Of a stretch of 64,000 bases of DNA, positions 1 to 11,836 are shown piece after piece. Under the pieces are notes generated by a model that made no database searches, had not been told where the DNA came from, and worked only from the letters and a program-made list of their open reading frames with translations. The stretch covers positions 310,001 through 374,000 of the forward strand of contig CDMY01000356.1 in the NCBI GenBank assembly GCA_001179505.1, read 5' to 3'. The position numbers were made by a program, and so were the translations under genes. Origin of the DNA: Vitrella brassicaformis CCMP3155 (taxonomy: Eukaryota; Protista; Chromerida). Positions within the stretch are counted from its first letter, which is position 1. Each line of letters starts with the position of its first letter.

Positions 1-83
1 CGGTCAGACAGCCAGGCAGCCAGGCAGCCCAGCACACACAGGGCACCCAGACGATCCCAATCTCCCCTTGTACCGCGTTGCAG

Positions 84-1278
84 GCGCTGAAGAACGCGGT
101 GCCGTTTGACTCCCATGACGACGTGTATCTGGAGGCCTACGTTGACACCTACACACGAGTTCTGGTCAAGTGCTACCCACAGGCCATGTCGCTCGACATG
201 CAGGCACAGTGAGTGAGAGACGACGGACAGGACACACAGAGAGGGAGGGAGGGAGAAAAGGAGCGAACAGAACACCACGCACGGGGCGGTTTGTGTGTAT
301 ATACCAACCAGGGTGGCTCAGCTGCTGGAGGCCGCCCATCGTCGCATGCTGGCCTCATACCCCCGGCTGGCAGTGTTCCTCGACGCGTCGCTGCCGCTCA
401 TCGGCAAACTGGGCAAGGCGCTCGCATTCAGTCTCAAGGTAGGTCAAGAAGACTGGTATATATATCGGTTTGTGACTGCGACGTCTGTCTGTCTGTCTGT
501 CTGTCCGTGTGTCGGCGTGTTTCCTCTAGGAGTGGGTGACGCTTGTGTGTCACGGCCTAGAGTCCACACACCCGGCCTGCTGCAGAGCTGGTGAGTGAGT
601 GAGTGAGCATCAGAAGAGGGAGAGAGGGAGAGAGGGAGAGAGAGACGGACTAGACGGATCACATGCACTGCACGTATCGCCCGTGTCTGTCTGTCTGTCT
701 GTCAGCGCTTCGGTGTCTGCTGGCCATGATGAACACTGCCCCCAACAGGGTCGCCTACTGGTCAGCCGACATCTTCATGCGCCTGGTGGTCGCACACATG
801 ACCTTCATCGCTTCACGACACAACCACCACCCCACACACACACCACCACAGCCACAGCAGCAGCAGCGTCCATCGCCTCTGAACCCACCGCTGCTGGACA
901 GCGAGCGAAGGCAACTTGACGATATGAGGTCAGCCTGGCCACATAAACGATACACTGCTTGGTGATTTTTTTGTGTGGATGGATGCAGGTCTGAGCTGGA
1001 GTGGTACCTGTGCGAGTGTTGGCGTCGGATGGCCCACATCTGCGGGCCGCACTACCAGGCGCTCACCAAGGACCTGAACGCGGGCGTGAGGAGGCTGCGG
1101 AGGGACGCACGGGCGATCGAGGAGAGCGGGCTGGATGAAGTCATCACACAGCTGGTGAGGGTGCGGGTGGGTGGGTGGGTGGGGAGGCAGCAGACTGATG
1201 CCACGGCTTGTGTGGTGTTTGTGTGTGCAGGAGGGCCTCGGGAGGCGGGTGGTGGCACTGCAACACGACCTGGACTGA
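84..1278 (+). CDS. Hypothetical protein, 3' part of a multi-exon gene entering from upstream of the window
   Basis: GT-AG bounded exons at about 84-161, 311-438, 706-928, 989-1155 and 1231-1278. They give helical-looking peptides (VAQLLEAAHRRMLASYPRLAVFLDASLPLIGKLGKAL; SELEWYLCECWRRMAHICGPHYQAL) and end EGLGRRVVALQHDLD-TGA. Microsatellite introns lie between them. No family recognised. Confidence 0.6.
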
Positions 1279-1710
1279 ACGCGTTAAGGAGGGGCTGCCT
1301 ATGTCTGTCTCTCTGTCTGTCTGTCTGTCTGTCTGTCTCCCCCAAACAAACATCGACTCCTGTCAGTCAGACAAGAGACGGCTGTGTATATGTATGCTGT
1401 GCTGCACATCACATGTATGTATGTGATTTGGTGTGTGTGACCGACCAAGATAGCGGTGTATGTGTTGGTGTCTGGCTGTCCCGCCGAGAAATGCGAGACA
1501 TGGTTCCGACATGAGTGGCCGCTTATGCTGGGACTATGATTTGCCCTTCTTGGCGAGGCAGCCAGGCAGAGACACATGAGACAGCTACCCGAAGCCGTGA
1601 TGTATGTGGCTCGATGTAGGATTGATCTGCTCGTCCATCACATCGGCAATACCTCCATCCATCCGTCTATGTAGACACACGTACGTACCGTCCACCCATG
1701 GTCGACAGCG

Positions 1711-2290
1711 TCAGGTCCTGACTGCAATGACCCTGGAGTACTCCCTGGTCTTGAACAGATACCCGCAAAGCCCGACGCCACCCAACACAAACAACACGTA
1801 CGCCACGAAACACGCCATGCTGAACCCACGCAGCCACAGAGGCGGACGCTCAGACTCGAGAGACACATCTGAACAAACAACGATGGAGGCCAGACAGACC
1901 ACGAACCATCCATCCATCCATCCATCCATCCATTTATCCGTTTTCACATGCGTTGTGAATCACAGGTGTGGGGTGGGTGACTCACCTTGCATCCTTCGCC
2001 GTCTCGGCAGCGGCGCCTCTGTCCCGCTTTGCCCATCGATTTTGGCCGATGGCTGCTGATCGGCACTGCCAGCGACTGTGTGGGTGGGGGAAGGGGCTTG
2101 CAATGGAAGGACACCGCTGTCCTCTCCGGGCCCCTGCGTGGCACATTCATTCACTTGCACCGAAAAATGCGGCCTGGCCTTCGCAGTGGGTGGCCCCTTC
2201 GCTCACAGTCGCTCCTGGAGAGGCACAGAAGAGCAAGACGATGAGATAGCCGAGAGGGCTACGTATCTTTTGGGAGTGGATGGACTGCCA
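1711..2290 (-). CDS. Probable small membrane protein with a C-terminal TM helix; 5' end unresolved
   Basis: Strong GTGAGT donor near 1985 and a phase-compatible acceptor give ...APLPRRRRMQ|DVSLESERPPLWLRGFSMACFVAYVLFVLGGVGLCGYLFKTREYSRVIAVRT-stop (1711). The segment FSMACFVAYVLFVLGGVGLCGYLF is hydrophobic. No start codon confidently placed. Confidence 0.35.
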
Positions 2291-2659
2291 GTGGAGAGAG
2301 AGCTGTCCGTTGTCACCAGCGATTGCGCGCTCAAGTATTCGTTGACGATGAAATAAGTGTGAGGTGAAAACGGCGCGAGGAGAGCAGTGAACTGGCCAGT
2401 CGGCACTCACCGGCCATCATCCTCATCCTTTGTGTCTTCGGGGGCTCCGAAAGTCCGTCACTTGGATTGAGGAACTTTCATGATGAAGCAGCGGTGCAGC
2501 AGGGCAGCTATGGTCTCCGTCCGACCTTCTTGTCTTGTAAGGGCCTCCTGCCCATATTTTATTCATGCTGAAGCCCTCGCGCCATCCCGCGGCCACTGAC
2601 GGCATCCGCCACTGAGGCCGCCATCCTTCCCTGGGTCCAATTTTGTGGAAGAAGCGGCC

Positions 2660-4597
2660 ATGGCGACGGATATGGCGGCAGCATGCCGACAGGGAGGGGA
2701 GAGGGGCCGCGCTGCATACCCATCTTCAAGCAAGGACAGGCAGCACGACCCCTGTTTCCGCCGCTCGGGCACTGGGGCTGTGTCGGTGGCGTCGACTGAC
2801 GTCGGGGGCGACACCGGCTCGGGGACGCCCTCGACCATTGGCTTGAGCACTACCCACAGCTACGCCCCCCCGCCCTCCCAGCAGCGGCGCGGCAGCTTCA
2901 TCAACTTCTCCTTCTACCCACGCTCGGCCGGCCACGGCGGGCAGAGGGCCCAGACCGCCAACAGTCGCCAACACCACCACCAGCAGCAGCAGCAGCCCCA
3001 GACGTCATCATCGCATGTCGGCCCCTCTTACTCGTCCTTCCCGCAGTCATTTCCGTCCGACATGTCCGAGTCGGACCGGTCGCAGGTGGTGGCGGCCATC
3101 GCCGCCAAACAACACGCCGCTTGTGAGGCGTCGGCGGGGGCCGTCACGGAGACGGGGAGCATCAAGGGGTCTGACTGCTCGACCGACTGCTCGCCGATGC
3201 GTGGGTGTGGCGGGTATGGCTACGACGGGTATGGGTATGGGTGTGGCGTGGTGGACTATGGCGATAGCAGCCCCGACTTTGGTGGGTCCGATGACGACAT
3301 CACAGACAGAAGCGGAAGGGGCCCCGTTCGCACACATGACGTGCCGGTGAGTGGAGTGGAGCCAACCACATCAAATGCAACGGAGAGAGGCGCGTGTTGA
3401 TGTCTGTCTTGTCTGTCTGTGTGTGCGTGTTTGTGGTCTGTCTGCAGGAGTATTCAGTGTCGACTGTGAGTGCGTCTCCCAGTGCAGCGGCGAAGGGTCA
3501 CCACTTTTCCTCTACCGAGGCCGACCGATTCGCCACCGACCAGCACTCGTATCACGCTCAGCATCACCATCACGACCCCCGGCGGCCGGTGTCCCCCCCT
3601 CCGCCCCCTCCTGCCTTGGTCGTGTCCGAGTCGATGGTGAATTATCAGTTTTTCCTGCAGTACACCTACACGCCCGAGTGTGCCCTGCTGGCATACAACT
3701 TCACGGCGTCGATAGAGCAGCTGCGGGTGTTTGCCGTCTTCGAGCCGCTGCCGGACATCAGACACCTTGCGGTCAGTCAGTCAAGTCAAGATGGAGGGAG
3801 GGAGGGAGACCACACACACATGGATTGGAGTGATGGCAGCGATGGATGGATGTATGGATGGATGTGTGTGTGTGTGCAGGTGAAGCTCTTGTATCTGCTG
3901 TACAAGTACCAGATCCACCACATCGACATGGCCCTCGACCTAGCCCTCACACTCGTGTACCTCTCAGAGGCACTCCAGCTACACCACAATGACGACACCA
4001 ACACCTACCCACCACCCATCGCCGACCAGGCCGACCCCTCCCCATCGCCCTTCCCCTCGCCCTCCCCTCCCCCTCCCCCCTACCATTCCGTCACAGACGC
4101 CCCCACGGCCACCGAGAGCACAACTCGTGCTCTGTCCGCCCCTGCTGCCCCTCCTGGTGGCTGCCACGTGCGCAAGACCTCCTTCTCTTCTGGCGGTGGC
4201 AAGAGTGTGGCTAATCGGGGCACCGTGCGGCTGGGCGACCTGGTGGTGCCGCGGTCCAAGGGTTTTGAGGTGGTTTTCTACTCGGTCTACCTTGCACACG
4301 TCTGGAACCAGGTCAGTGCAGTGCCGTGCAGAGCGTGTCTCTGTTGTGTCCTTTTGTCACGTGTTGGTTGTCCTGTGTGTCGTTCGTTGTGGCTGGGCTT
4401 GGCTGCAGGATCGCACTATCTGTTTGCGTGACTGGTACCGCGAGTTCGGCCACGAGAGCTTCCGCAGCTGCCACGAGCTCAACTGCTGGGTGCTCAAGCT
4501 GATGCGCGGCATGAGGCACTGGAAGCTGCGCGCCAAGCCTGAGGACATCCGCGCGTACGTCTCCGGACTCTGCCAGGCGCCGAGACTCGGCGAATGA
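2660..4597 (+). CDS. Four-exon protein with low-complexity N-terminus and a divergent cyclin-box-like C-terminus (PHO80/cyclin Y-like, tentative)
   Basis: Exons 2660-3346, 3448-3771, 3880-4311 and 4409-4597, all phase 0 GT-AG. The C-terminal VVFYSVYLAHVWNQDRTICLRDWY...ELNCWVLKLMRGMRHWKLRAKPEDIRAY resembles the cyclin Y/PHO80 pattern LASKVWDD...W...N.LE..FL..L.F.... The gene is well supported; the family call is weak. Confidence 0.6.
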
Positions 4598-4765
4598 TAT
4601 GAAGGACGGACGGACGGACGAGAGGCGTCCAGACGTGTGTACGGCACGTTACCTAAGTGTGTGAATGTGTCTGTCTTATTCGATGGGTTGATCTGATGGG
4701 TGGGTTGGATGGCCATGGAGGGGGGAGTGGAGTAGGTGAGGTGAGTGAGGGGCTAAAGAGCGGGG

Positions 4766-5065
4766 NNNNNNNNNNNNNNNNNNNNNNNNNNNNNNNNNNN
4801 NNNNNNNNNNNNNNNNNNNNNNNNNNNNNNNNNNNNNNNNNNNNNNNNNNNNNNNNNNNNNNNNNNNNNNNNNNNNNNNNNNNNNNNNNNNNNNNNNNNN
4901 NNNNNNNNNNNNNNNNNNNNNNNNNNNNNNNNNNNNNNNNNNNNNNNNNNNNNNNNNNNNNNNNNNNNNNNNNNNNNNNNNNNNNNNNNNNNNNNNNNNN
5001 NNNNNNNNNNNNNNNNNNNNNNNNNNNNNNNNNNNNNNNNNNNNNNNNNNNNNNNNNNNNNNNNN
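4766..5065. other. Assembly gap (300 N)
   Basis: Run of N flanked by G-rich sequence. Confidence 0.99.
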
Positions 5066-6416
5066 GAGGGAGGGAGGGAGGATAGATAAGGAAGGAAGGA
5101 AGCTCAATAGCTAGATGCATCCTGCATGCGTACCTACCTACCTAACGGGGCCGGGTGGGGTGGGCGGGTCAGAGAGGAGGAGAGGGAAACGCACATCTAC
5201 ACTGCAGACGGATGGGATGACAGTATTCCACAGCCGGGTCTTAAGTAAGAGGGGTCAGTGAGTGAGGGAGCGATGGAGGATGGGATTAGGGCCGGGCCCC
5301 ATCCACGCCCTTTTTGGTTTGGTTCCTGCCTGCTGCGGCCGTTTTTCTGTCATGGCTGCCCACACCTGCCTGCCACGGCCGGCCACGGCCGGCCCCACTT
5401 GCTGGCTGGCGACTGCCCGGCTTCATTCATTCATTACGTAAGTGTACCTATCTATGTGGATGTATGTTCTGTATGTCTGTTATGTGTGTTGAAGCGTCTT
5501 ATGTCTGTAAGTACTGTCGCATGCGTTGCCACGTGCAAGCCAATCGACGACCAATTATTGCCCGTTTCTTGCTCTGTCTTTCCTTGGAGGCCTTGCCCCG
5601 CCTCGCCTCGTTCCTTCTTCCCTTCCTTCTGCCTGCCTGCCTGCCTGGCTGACCGTGTGTTGTGTGCTAACGTACATGTCGTGTCTGTCGTGTGATGGTG
5701 GCTGAGCTTTTGTTCCCTTACGAGTTCGGTTGCTCAGCTCATTCAGTAGTGAAGACGCTAGCTAACAACATGTGTCTGGGTATGTCATGTCTATGTCATG
5801 TTTGTGTGGGTACGTCTGTAAGTGACGCTCGAGCGCATTGAACACGAGAGGGAGAGAAAGAGAGAGAGAGAGAGAGGGCGGTGTGGGATCGATGAGCCAG
5901 GTTTTCCATTGCGCCGAGGCCCCACGAGTGAGTGATCTGACTGACCGGTTTGTAAGTGAGCGAGTGAGTGAATGGGTGGGTGGGCGGCTGACTGCACGTC
6001 ACGGACACACACACATAGACACAGTTACATGTGGTGCATGTGCTTTCATACGTGACGGTTACGCTACACCTTTCGTGCCTGCCTGCATACATGCCATGGC
6101 TGCCATGGCATACAATATATAAGCAGCTAAGCTCTCTCCCATTCTTCCTTCCATTCATCCGTAATATTTACAGCCCACCACCCGTGTGTGTGACTGTCAC
6201 AATGTCTGTCTGTCTGTCTATCTGTGGTAAGTATAAGCGTAGATGCCCTCCTCCCCCCATAAAGCCCCTATCTGCCTCTCTCTATATGTAAGTTGCTAGC
6301 TAGATGCTTTTGTGCGTCTCTCTCGGGACCCTCGTCTGTGCCTCTTCCTTCCCCCCTCCCCCCTCCCCTCTCTCCCCCTCTCTGCCAGCATCCATTCATC
6401 CCATGCACCACCAATT

Positions 6417-6436
6417 GATCGATCGATCGATCGATC
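6417..6436. repeat. (GATC)5 self-complementary microsatellite
   Basis: GATCGATCGATCGATCGATC read directly. Shorter (GATC)n runs near 39767 and 52428. Confidence 0.9.
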
Positions 6437-8139
6437 GGCCGGCTCACTCACTCACCCACACCTACCAGCTGCTACGAACGGGGTTGAGGCACATGCGGGG
6501 TGGGGGCAAAACAACGGCCAGACCGGCCGTAAAGCGTGCTGGGTGGTGGTGGTGGTGGGTACTGTCATGGCATGGATATCTTGTGACGATATGATGCATG
6601 CCCATCTGGGCACACCAACTCGCTCTCTCTCCCTCTCTCCCCTTACACCTTTCCTATCTTTTTACGTCAGTCTATCGAATCGACTGCTGTGTGTATGTGT
6701 GTGTGTGTGTGGAATCGATCATATCGTTCTTGCTGTGACGTACGTGTCTGGTGGGCGGGGCGGCTGGGGGCAGTTTTGCTGTCTTGGGGTGGGGGGGCTG
6801 AGAGTGAGAGGAGTGGAGTGGAGGGAAAAGGGAGGGCCTCTTGCTTCTTCGACTGCTTGCCTTGCGCTTGTTCTTGCGGTGTGGTGCGGTGGTGGTGTGG
6901 GGAGTGGCTGCCGGTCAACCAATCGCTAAGTCTAGGCACTAGCGTCATCCCCGCCTTCCTGCCTACCTGCCTGCCCGCCTGCCTGCCTGCCGTCATGCCC
7001 TCCTCTCTCTCGCAATACTCATACTTTTGTCGACGTCCTCTCGCTTGCTGCTTGCAGCAATCTCTCTCTTAGTCTCTGTCTCTCTCCCTGTCTCTCTGGC
7101 TGCATGTTCTCGCTCATCTCATGCTGTGCGCACCGACCCACATGCATGAATGACGTCTGGCAGACAGAGCTGGCGTGTGGGGGTGTGTTGTGTCGCGTGT
7201 TGTGTTGTTGTCTAGTCAATGATGTGCACAGATAGATGATCTGATCGGGTGGGCGGACGGGTGGCGGGGTGGGCGGATGAGGGCGTTTGTGTGATGGCTT
7301 CGATCCTTTAGTGCCATAGTGATGACTGCCTGCCTGGCTGGCAATGGACGATTTGGATGCGAACCTCTCGTCCTATGTGAAATGATCAACCAAGGAAGGA
7401 AGATGGCGATTGACGCATGAATGGGCCAAGTCACCCATACCATCCATGAGTCTCGAGAACACCCTCTCGTTCCCCCCCCGCTCTCCCTCTCCCTCTCCCA
7501 TCCACACGGACACGGACACGAACACACACACGCAATAATGTACCGACAAAATCCCCCCGCCTCACCACACCAGCTTCACAAGACACTGACTGCCTCACTT
7601 CTCATGGATGGCTGAAGCCGCAAAAACGCGACGCTCTCATTCTCACCTCCAGGCACTACGCCATGCATCCCGATCGAGCGGCAGCGATGTGGACGGACGG
7701 TAGACTGGGAAAACCCTTTACACGCAGCCAGCATCCATGGTCGATCGGTTCATTCATTCAAATTGGTGTGCTCGCGATGCTCTCTCTTGCGGGAAAATGA
7801 ACACGCTCACACACACACATGCACATGCGCATCAGACACCCTCTCTTTTAAGAGGTACTACATACCTGCATCTCTCTCTCTCTCTCTGCAGGCCGACAAA
7901 CGGCGCCCCCTTCTCTCTCACACGAGCCACACACACACACAGACGGACACACACACGGACAGACACATGAAGAACGCCGACACAGAAAATGCGACACGAT
8001 GAGCGTTATTGACAGAGCACTTCACCGGCGTCATGCCATTCAAATAGAGTCCCCCCCATCCCCTCCACTCCCCTCCCCCTCCCCCACACACAGTCAACCC
8101 CCCCACCCTCACCTCACACCCATACCGCACCGCCGTCAG

Positions 8140-10057
8140 TCACACTAAAAGAGCCAGTGCCAGGCTGCAGAAGAGCGTTGCCGTGACCAGCGACAGCAGG
8201 TACATCCAAAACAGCAGCTTGGACAGAAAGTCCGCCTCCTCCCTCAAACCGAGCTGGTTGGACACCACAGAGAGCGCCAAGGCAGGCGGCGCGCAAAACT
8301 CCAGAAGCAGCACCAGCTTGAAGACCGGGCTGTCCGGCACCAGTGTGCGCACCCACGAGCCATACCCGGCGCTATGCAGGTACTCGAGCAGCACGAGCAT
8401 CCCACAGCCCACCATGGGGACGACCACAAGCTTGATGCCGGAGCAGAAGACCACGAACAGCGCTTCCGGCGAGAGGCATTGCGGCCTGCCGCTCTGCTGG
8501 TGCCTGCTGTCCTTGTTGCTGCGGCCGGTGTCGTGCTGCACGCCGTGTGCAAGCGAGGCCGCGAGGATCAGGGACATCAACGTCACCGTGGGCTCGGCGA
8601 TTAGCCTCCCAACACGCCCAAAGACAGACAAGAAACTACTCGTATCCTCAAACATGGACACCTGCATGCCATGCCATGCATGCAGGTCGCAACGCAACAC
8701 AGGCACCGATTGAATATTCACTGGGGGGGCGACGGGGCGTGCCACTCACCTGGAAGTCTCGCCAGAGTCCCATCAAGAGGCCCAAGATGGTTGCGATGAT
8801 AGCCGGGTGCCGAAGCCTGTTCAACGCGGGCGGGAACAGGTAGTGGCGCTTGCCGGCTGCACCAGGACACCGCTGCTGCCGCTGCTGCTCCTCCTCCTCC
8901 TCCTCATCGCCCGAGTCCCCATCTCTATCGCCATTCTTGCTGCTGTTGGACGGCACTATGTCGATCGTCTCAGCGGCGTCCTGGGTGCAGCTATCGGTTG
9001 AGGGGCCGGCCGGGAAATGCGGCGCCTGCGTGTGGTCAGGGCGCCACGTTGATGGTGGCGGCACAGACTTGGTATGCTGGATTGGCAGCACTGGCGGCGG
9101 CTCCGACGCAGCGCGACAAAGGGGGAGCTTCGTGGCTTCATTGACAGACGCGCAGCCATCGGGTGACGACTGGCCATCCGACAAAGAGGCTGCAGCTGCT
9201 GCTCGCCGGCTGAGCGCCGCCAGTGATTCTAACGCAGGCATCCCATGCAGCCAAAACACGAAGAACCTGACAGACACCAGAACACGCGCGCAGAACACAT
9301 CACACGCTTTGACGTGTTTGTTTGTCTCGGCTGACTAATGGTGGTGTGGTGTGGTGTGGTGTGGTGTGCCATCCATCCATCCATTTCGCGTCAGTACCAG
9401 GGTATGCCATGGATGAAGAGCAGGGAGTCAGCCTCATCTTCACAGCTGTCCGCCGACCCCGCCCACTCGCCAAGCGCATCAGACGTCTGGCAGAGCGCCC
9501 GCATCAGCGGCAGAAGGAAATTGATGCCATTCTGGAAGGTCAGGCAAGTCACAGCACACGAGGTGGTGGCCTTGGGCAATTCCCTGACTCTCGTGCGCCA
9601 GAGTGCGATAAGGGCAACTGCGGTCAGATGGTTGGTCAGCAGCGTCACGAGGCTCCACAGGACGATGGGCCATAAAGCCTCCAGCTCACGCACATCCACG
9701 GTGGATGCCAAGCTCACGAAACACATGCTGACCACCCACACAGACACATCATGATGCACCTGACATGCAGTGTTCGGGGTGGGTCTTCTGTCCCCTTACC
9801 ATGGTAGGAAGAGCAGCATCGACAGCCGGGAGAGTTCCTGCAGCAGCCCGCGAGAGAGAATGGGCGCTTTCCTTGGGAAATACGCCAGTAGGAAACCAGG
9901 GCTGCATAGCAGAAAGACCTGCAGTATACAAGTAGTACGGCAAGCGAGTCAATGATAGATGGATGACTCAGATCAAGATGCGAGGCGCTCTGTGTGTGAC
10001 CTTACCTACCTGCAGCACGGAGCTGAATGATGCGTAGAAGATGCTCCCCAGCTGCAT
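8140..10057 (-). CDS. Auxin efflux carrier (AEC/Mem_trans) family transporter, PILS/ECM3-like
   Basis: Spliced product begins MQLGSIFYASFSSVLQ|VFLLCSPGFLLAYFPRKAPILSRGLLQELSRLSMLLFLPC and includes TCLTFQNGINFLLPLMRALC...CEDEADSLLFI. A long hydrophilic loop follows, then HPAIIATILGLLMGL, EPTVTLMSLILAASL, GIKLVVVPMVG, DSPVFKLVLLLEFCAPPALALSVVSNQ and SKLLFWMYLLSLVTATLF. This is the 5 TM-loop-5 TM layout of PILS-type carriers. Confidence 0.88.
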
Positions 10058-10328
10058 GATGGATTCTCCACGGCGGGCGAATGCGATTTTTTCTTTTGAC
10101 CTGTCGCTTCTCCTTGCCTTGCGGGGAAACAGCCGCTTCTTTGCGTGAAAGACATGGGTTAGCCGCCAGCGCCTAGGTTATTCCGTGAAACTGCTCCCGT
10201 TGCGACGGGACAATCACAACACTCTACTCGCAGAGGGAGATCTGCCAAGATCTTTGGCTTCCCCTGGTGCCCTTCCACCTCCCCTTGCATCACGAAAGCG
10301 CCACAGCCTCTGATCTTTGTCTTTCGCA

Positions 10329-11078
10329 ATGCAAGACGGCCCGGCTTGTCGTTCTCCGCTGACAGTGGTGACCCTGAATGTCTACATGGACGGCTGGAGG
10401 CACCTGTGTGCCCGCCACACCATCTCGTTCATCGAGCACTCTGACGCCGACATCATCTGCCTGCAGGAGACCAACGAGGACTGGGAGAGGACCCTTAATG
10501 CCCGGCCGGCCATCAGGCAGCGCTTCCCCTACGTCAGCTTCACGCACGACAAGTGGAGGCAGGGCGGGCTGGCCTTTTTGTCCAAGCTGCCGATGTCGGC
10601 TGTGGGCGTGTTGCCCCGCCTCTACACTAACTGGTACTTCGCCTGCCGCGTGACCGTCCACCCGCCGTCCGATGCAGCCATGCCGCCCTTCCAGATCATC
10701 CAGGTGCACTTGAAGGCTCCCGTGCCATCGGTGCCCATCCTCGTGCAGCAGCAGCGGGGACACGAGATCCGCTCCCATATGGGCGCGTACACGCCGTCGC
10801 TCCCCGCTATCGTCCTGGGGGACTTCAACTGCTCTACTGGGCCGGCAATGCGCTTCATGACAGCTGAGATGGGCTTCACCAACTGTCTGCTGGATGGTGC
10901 TCGACAGCAGAGGAGGGGCAGGACGACGTGGAAGGGGTGCTGTGCGAAGACGCTGTGTTGTGCGCCGCAGCTGTTCGATCACATATTTGTGAAGGGGTTT
11001 GATGTGGTGGATTGTCGTGTGCTGCATGAGGGGGGGTCAGACCACTGGCCGGTTCAGGCCAGAGTGATCATATCATGA
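10329..11078 (+). CDS. Endonuclease/exonuclease/phosphatase (EEP) family protein, intronless
   Basis: All EEP motifs in order: VTLNV, DIICLQE, GLAFLSK, VHL, VLGDFN, FDHIFV, SDHWPV. First ATG at 10329; single 750-nt ORF. Confidence 0.93.
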   Translation: MQDGPACRSPLTVVTLNVYMDGWRHLCARHTISFIEHSDADIICLQETNEDWERTLNARPAIRQRFPYVSFTHDKWRQGGLAFLSKLPMSAVGVLPRLYTNWYFACRVTVHPPSDAAMPPFQIIQVHLKAPVPSVPILVQQQRGHEIRSHMGAYTPSLPAIVLGDFNCSTGPAMRFMTAEMGFTNCLLDGARQQRRGRTTWKGCCAKTLCCAPQLFDHIFVKGFDVVDCRVLHEGGSDHWPVQARVIIS

Positions 11079-11836
11079 GGGGCTGATGGGGGACAGCTTT
11101 TTGCAACATACATATGTGTGTCCGTGCCTGCGTGATGGACAGACAATTGGGGTGGTGGTTTTGTCTTTTGGCTTGACTCAGAGGGTGAATTCATGGCGTT
11201 TGTGTAGTGTCTTGACACTCATACATACAATACAGGCGAGATATAAAGCTATTCATCACGATGCACATCTATCTGCGTGCACGTACTTTCCTCCGCAGCC
11301 CTGCGTGGACTCACAAAACATCGATGGGGAGGGGGTCTCATGCAATTGATTGGATTGCAAAATTGTCCTATCTGTGTGCGCTGCTGGATAGCCGCCTAGC
11401 TGTGCGTCTCGCACGATGTCTGCCCTTCGCCCCTCCGTCTGTCCCTCTGTCTGTGTGAAGACACCAGCTCCGTCAAGGGCTCGAGTCATGCAAGACGGAC
11501 GTCTTAAATGCACTGGCACGCAAGCAAGATAAAAACCGGAAAAGGCCTCATGGATGTGATGTGTACAAAGGGGTTTCGTATGCGTGCATGTGAAATACGT
11601 ACGTTACAGACGATAGACAAATACCGACGTGTGCACATTCCTACGCAGCGAGCGGCCTCCAGAGACCGGTAGATAGCAATCAATGTCAGCGTACATACGC
11701 ACATACGCACATACAATACACAATATGTAATATGTAATATGTACATACGTACAGAGAGGGAGGGAGAGGGGCGTCTGCGCACACAAGTGTGCCCAGACAC
11801 CGGTGCGTTAGCCTACCTGTCTTCTGCCATGACACA

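Noticed and set aside
4653-5120. ORFs containing long X runs (also 38448-39024 and 59266-59907)
   Set aside because: Artefacts of translating through the 300-N gaps.
5100-8100. Many 60-200 aa ORFs in the long intergenic tract
   Set aside because: They translate microsatellites (SLSL, CVCV, LPAC, DRSI), and I found no consistent exon chain or protein motif. The same applies to 37800-40600 and 51100-53500.
8677-8684. TGCATGCA (known apicomplexan ApiAP2-type motif)
   Set aside because: This copy and similar CATG-rich runs sit in introns among (CATG)n-like simple repeats, with no positional enrichment at promoters.
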